Shown one piece after another: positions 58,910-64,000 of a DNA stretch of 64,000 nucleotides (position 1 is the stretch's first letter; the number at the start of each line of letters is the position of its first letter). Both the position numbers and the translations under genes were made by a program. The notes below the pieces were generated by a model. The model did no database searches, was not told the DNA's origin, and saw only the letters and a list, made by a program, of their open reading frames with translations. The stretch is from Marsupella aquatica (taxonomy: Eukaryota > Plantae > Marchantiophyta), in contig OZ316896.1 in the NCBI GenBank assembly GCA_973895155.1, positions 15,038,684 through 15,102,683 of the forward strand, written 5' to 3'.

Positions 58910-61900
58910 TCACCTCTTTTGGAAATTGAAGTACTTGATGGAGAATGCGAAGACTAACCAAAACATTATCACAAAGGCTATCAGTACAAGGGCAATATAC
59001 CCCAGCCAGTCGTGATGAAATCCGAAATAATCATGCAGCCACTGTTGCACAGTGACAGTTGAACTGTATCCCGTCGCGGTGATTGGGGTCTGCACATCCC
59101 CAAGCTGAGATGCAATCAATCCGTGCAGGGTCCAAGATACCGGACTGAGGTAGTAATACCATATCCACCAGCCAGGAATTCGAGGTTGTGGGATTAAGAA
59201 GCCGGCGAATAAATTCCAGATAGAGTAGAACGCTGAAGACACAACGGCTGCCATTTGCTGAGATGGAGTAAGACCCACCGCCATCATACCGTAGAACGTG
59301 AAGTATGAGAAAGTCAAGAACATGAAAAAGAGGTACCAGAAGAATTTGGCTGCTGTCCATTCGAATTGGATCATGGCGTAGGTTATGAGCGCATAAACAA
59401 TCGCTTGGAGTAGTATGTAAGGCACTTCGATCAAACCCTGGGCCGCAGCATAGGGAAGTGGGGCGTACATGCCAGCTGCTCTCTCTCTGTAGAAAACAGA
59501 TCGTTCGATAGCAACCACAGGTTGCACAGTTGAAGAATTGTTCACCCCCAAAAACAACACCGATGCGTACATGGCGCCCATCACATTGAAGACGTCCTGC
59601 TGAGAGCTCCTCTTAGATCCGAGGCCCCAAAAGACAGACCCGAAAATAAGCGCACAGACGACAGTGAAGAAGAAGCGCACAGCGTTGTACATAGGACTTC
59701 GCCAATAGGTCTTGTTCTGTTTCCAGAGGCAGGCCACAAATTGAGTGATTGCGTTGCTCGAGTATTTGCTGCCAAAGTCCAGGTCTTTCGCCCCTGGAGG
59801 TGGCACACTCAGTTCTTTGATCAATTCCTCAGTTCTTTTGAAAAGACCCGACTCCAAATAAATCTCTGCGAAGTTCCTCCCGATCCTTGACTCTGCTCCC
59901 GGGGTAGATACATCCAGCATCCACGTGGCTGGATTGATCCCTCCTTGAATGTGTGGTACGCCCTCAATGCTCTGAAAATAGTCAATCAGCTGAGTTGAGT
60001 GCTTGCCTAGAGGACCACCGTATATTACTTGTCCTCCTCGTTTCATCAACAGAAGCTCATCAAAAGCCTCGAAGATGTCAATACTTGGCTGATGGATTGT
60101 GCACACCACGGTCCTTCCCGTGTCCACAGTGTTTCGGACCGTTCGCATGACAATTGCAGCAGCTCGGGCATCAAGGCCGGAAGTGGGTTCATCCATAAAA
60201 ATAATTGAAGGATTGGCAACCAATTCTACAGCAATGGTGAGACGTTTTCTTTGCTCAGTGGAAAGACCAGTATTGCCGGGCAGGCCCACGAGTGCATTCC
60301 TGAGTGGATGCAACTCCACTAATTCCATCACCTCGTTCACAAAGGTTTCGCGTGTTTCCTCATCAACAGTATCTGGAAGTCGCAGCCAGGCAGAGTACAC
60401 TAACGATTCCCATATGGTCACCTGAGGAGAATGAATGTCAGTTTGTTCCACATAGCCCGACACCCGAGCAAAAGTATCTTGATTTTTTGGGAAACCCGAG
60501 ACCCGAATGTCTCCCTCTATATATCCACCTGTCTTCCTACCTGCAAGAACGTCCATCAAAGTTGTCTTTCCAGCTCCACTCACACCTACAAGGGCTGTCA
60601 ACACACCTGGTCTAAATGCACCACTAACATTTCGTAGCAGCTGCAGGCGATTCTCTGTAACACCTTCTCCTTTCATTTCCGGAGGCATGTCGACAAAGTA
60701 ACAGACGTTATGGAATGTGAGAGCCAGAGGTTGAAAGGGCAAGATCATCCCTTTCCCTCCCCCTTTCGCACCTGCTGCACCTTCGGCAACTTGACCTGCT
60801 TCACTTGTAGCACCTGTCCTGCCACTACCCCCTGTTGATTGTTGTCTATCGATGTTGTTCAGCTCAACTTCAGCTCCAGTTCCATTGCTCGACTTACTAC
60901 CACCAACGCGAGCGTTCTCCTTTTCCAGAATTGCCTCCTCCGGGAGAGTTGCTTGCGTGTTTCCCAGAGGTCCGAAGTATCCTACCGCCAGGATAACTAA
61001 GAAGTTAAACAAAAAACAATATGCAAGTAGCACACCAGCGCCCAACCAATACCAGTAGCCTCTTGTGAATATCCCACGCGCAGTGAGTAATTGTATGCCC
61101 ACATTTCCCCCGCGCCACCGAGGTGCAAGGAACTCATTCACTGCTATAGCATTCTGCGCATATGACAATGGTGATATCCAATATCCCCAAATCCACCAGG
61201 GATGTACAGAGGGCCTTGCTAAAATGAAGCCACCCAACACGAATACTACAACAAGACAAAATGAGCCGAAAGTGTTCGCAATAACCATACTTCTTCCAAC
61301 AGCACCGATTGCTCTGAACAGCCCGAGTGCCATCTGATGCATCAGAAAGAGAAGGAGAATATAGCGAAAAAACCTTCCCGGCTCTGGAGCAAGCCCAATA
61401 ATGTAGTAGACGATTCCAGACCAGATTATAGACTCTATAATGGAGTACGGAAGCCGCAGGAGCCAGCTTGGAATGGCAAAAGCCCACCCAGGGTAGAAGA
61501 GATTGTCCCGTTGCTTGTAAAAGACTGGAAGCCGTGATACGGTTATCGACAATTCTGAGAATCCATTAAACATCATATGGACAAGTGCGAAAAAGAGACC
61601 ACCCATGAAGATATTTCCATCCTGCAGGTTACCAGCGTGAAATTGTGTCCTCAAGAAAAGAGTACCTGTGAGGAAGGCAACAAACGCCACCTGACAAGTG
61701 CGAAAAATGTACAAGAACCGATTTCGGGAGATCAGAAGCAGCTCTCGCGCCGTGCAGGCTTTCAAAAGCTCCCATCGTGAAACCGAGAAGCGTTTAGTCT
61801 CAAGGGCTGCAGGGTGGCTCTTTGTCTTATCAAATGGAGTAGACAAATAGCTTGTAACGTTTTTCCCGACTTCAAACTCTTTGAAAGCAGCCGCAAGCGT

Positions 61901-63486
61901 TGCAACAGGGACATACTCGTAAGGCTTCTCTCCTGCCCAATACTGCTGCTGATCTTTTATGGACGTGACTTCTTGAAGAAAATCCGCAACTCCCTTCCGC
62001 GGTGGAAGCTTGAAGCCCAAATTTTCAAAAAACTCCACCACTCTTTCCCGTGGACCGAGATACACAACGTGACCTTCAGCCAGCAGCAGCACATCGTCAA
62101 ACAGATCAAATGTTTCCGGTGCAGGTTGCAAGAGTGCCATTAAGACGGTGCCTCGCATCAGATGGGTGAAATTCCGCACGCAATTAACGATCTGGTAAGT
62201 TGTGGAACTGTCCAGGCCAGTCGAAATTTCGTCCATGAAAATGGTTTTCTTAGGACCCACAATCATTTCACCAGTGGTCACACGCTTCCGTTGGCCTCCT
62301 GAAATCCCGCGGAGCATTTCATTTCCCACGACGGTGTCGGCGCATATTTCCAGGCCAAGCACTTTCATGATGTAATCTGTTTGAAGACTGTGTTCGTTAC
62401 CTTCTGCAGCAGTGCCCTGAAAACACCAGAGGAAGAATAACAAAACCAATTTAAGATCGAGGCTAAGATTCGAGCAAGCAGTCAATCCGTAAATTATACA
62501 GTGCATGCGGCAATATACTTATTATTGAAGGGGACCGCAATTAAATAATGGAGAACTTGGTCAGGTGAGGTAGTAAGAGAGACCTTCATGAAGGCATCAA
62601 TGGCTGGATCCGGATGAATGCCTTGTGCCTTCTCTCGGTGAGCCAACTCAGTCAACATGTGATGCTTATAGCCCGTTCCTTGCACTCGAGCAGCGAAGTC
62701 AAGAGTTTCACGAACTGTGAGCTCCCCAATATGATTGTCGTTTTGGCTGACATAAGCAGCTGTTCTCTGCGGCACAAATTCATGCATTGTATGTCCGTTG
62801 TAGGTAATTTCTCCTGAGACCCTCAACTTGGGGTCAACTTTCCCAGCAAGAGCTAGAAGCAACGTTGTTTTCCCAGCCCCGGGGGGGCCCAACAGCAAGG
62901 TCATTCTGGCGGGCTGCACAACTCCACTCACATCATTCAAGATCGTAAAATTCCGCTTGTTTGAAGGGAGAATCTTACATGAGGCCAAGATGCCCTCTAC
63001 AAAATTCCGCACAAAATTGATCAAAGTCGGAAGTGCTCGCCCTCCAGCGTACACATCGGCATGAACTGACAAGTTCTGGAAGCGAACTTCCACAGTGGGG
63101 TGCTCGATTTCAACCCTGCGGAGGCGCTCATTAATGTTGCGCAGAAGCCGCTCGTTGTCCTGCTCATTCGTCTTGAGTGCCAATTCCACGAGCCTAGCAC
63201 GCTGCCCCGGGTTCAACTCCCGAAGGTTAGTGACGTTGAACTCCTTGCCGCGTTCACCTGGCTCTCCAAGAATATTTTCCTCCAAGATTGCGGCATTCAG
63301 CCGATCATACGTGGGCAATTTCTCCAACGCCGCCCACTTGAGCGCTTCCAAATCATCGTCGTCCGCCTCCATGCTCGACCTTCTTCCGAAAGGCACCCTT
63401 CCTTCCCCTGTATCTCCCCATATCCTCGACCCTCCATGTTTATGCAAGAATGAGGCGTCCCCCGCTGGAGCTGTCGAGTCCGCCAT
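58910..63486 (-). CDS. Full-size ABCG / pleiotropic drug resistance (PDR) transporter, ABCG31-like, ~1469 aa, 2 exons (63486-62584, 62416-58910)
   Basis: NBD1 has [27 protein letters not shown] and [16 protein letters not shown]2 has [39 protein letters not shown] and [19 protein letters not shown]. Two TMDs follow their NBDs and the protein ends FNFQKR. A single 167-bp GT-AG intron joins AFMK|GTAAEG in frame. Confidence 0.97.
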
Positions 63487-63760
63487 CTCGACCGCTCCGA
63501 CTCTTTCTTTCTCTTAATTAATTACTCGCTGCCCCGCTATTGACGACTGCTCGGCTTCTCAGCGTCCTCACTCCTCCACACTAATTCCCTAATTGATTAA
63601 AGATCACTCAGACGTTACGGCTCGATTGACAGGTCCGGGCCAATTCACATCATTATGCATGTTTCACGTCCAATTCATGGCTGCATGGGATGTTACAGCG
63701 TTCTCTCATCCAATTCATGGCTGCATGGGATGTTACAGATTTCTCGCTCCGTCTCTCTGG

Positions 63761-63761
<1 letters not shown>

Positions 63762-63812
<51 letters not shown>
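63762..63812. repeat. (CT/GA)n microsatellite upstream of the ABCG gene
   Basis: An uninterrupted (CT)n run of about 25 units. Confidence 0.95.
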
Positions 63813-63816
<4 letters not shown>

Positions 63817-64000
63817 CAAAACTGAGCTCGTAGGTCGCTGCTACTACCAGTTCACGAGCGAGCTAGCTCTCCTTCCGGTCGACATCCGAGCTGTCCCGGC
63901 TCTCACAAGGTCATCTTTGTCAAGTGTGCAATTCTTGGCTGATGAACCGTGTTTATCTACGAGAGTGCGGGGCATGCAGCGGCAGAAGTCGCACAGCTTC

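Overview
Eukaryotic nuclear DNA from a land plant. Gene style and protein similarity suggest a bryophyte, probably a liverwort (inference). Five intron-containing host genes lie on the minus strand: a TMEM214/DUF2359 membrane protein, a MEE44-like TRF4/PAPD5-type nucleotidyltransferase, a TOPORS-like C3HC4 RING E3 ligase, a SKIP30-like F-box/Kelch protein and a full-size ABCG/PDR transporter with only one intron. The intergenic space holds a decayed ~11 kb CACTA (En/Spm) transposon (TnpD- and TnpA-like pseudogenes, right TIR intact) with BRCT and F-box coding fragments directly upstream of its transposase. It also holds a 4.9 kb TG...CA element with a 5-bp target-site duplication, one LTR-like end, no gag-pol and a decayed ~1100-codon PMD-like/coiled-coil ORF, which may be a giant protein-coding solo LTR. 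A Copia-type solo LTR, several MITE/foldback elements, tandem repeats and microsatellites complete the picture. Exon boundaries were read by eye from GT-AG sites and frame continuity, and family calls rest on recalled motifs; no database searches were run.
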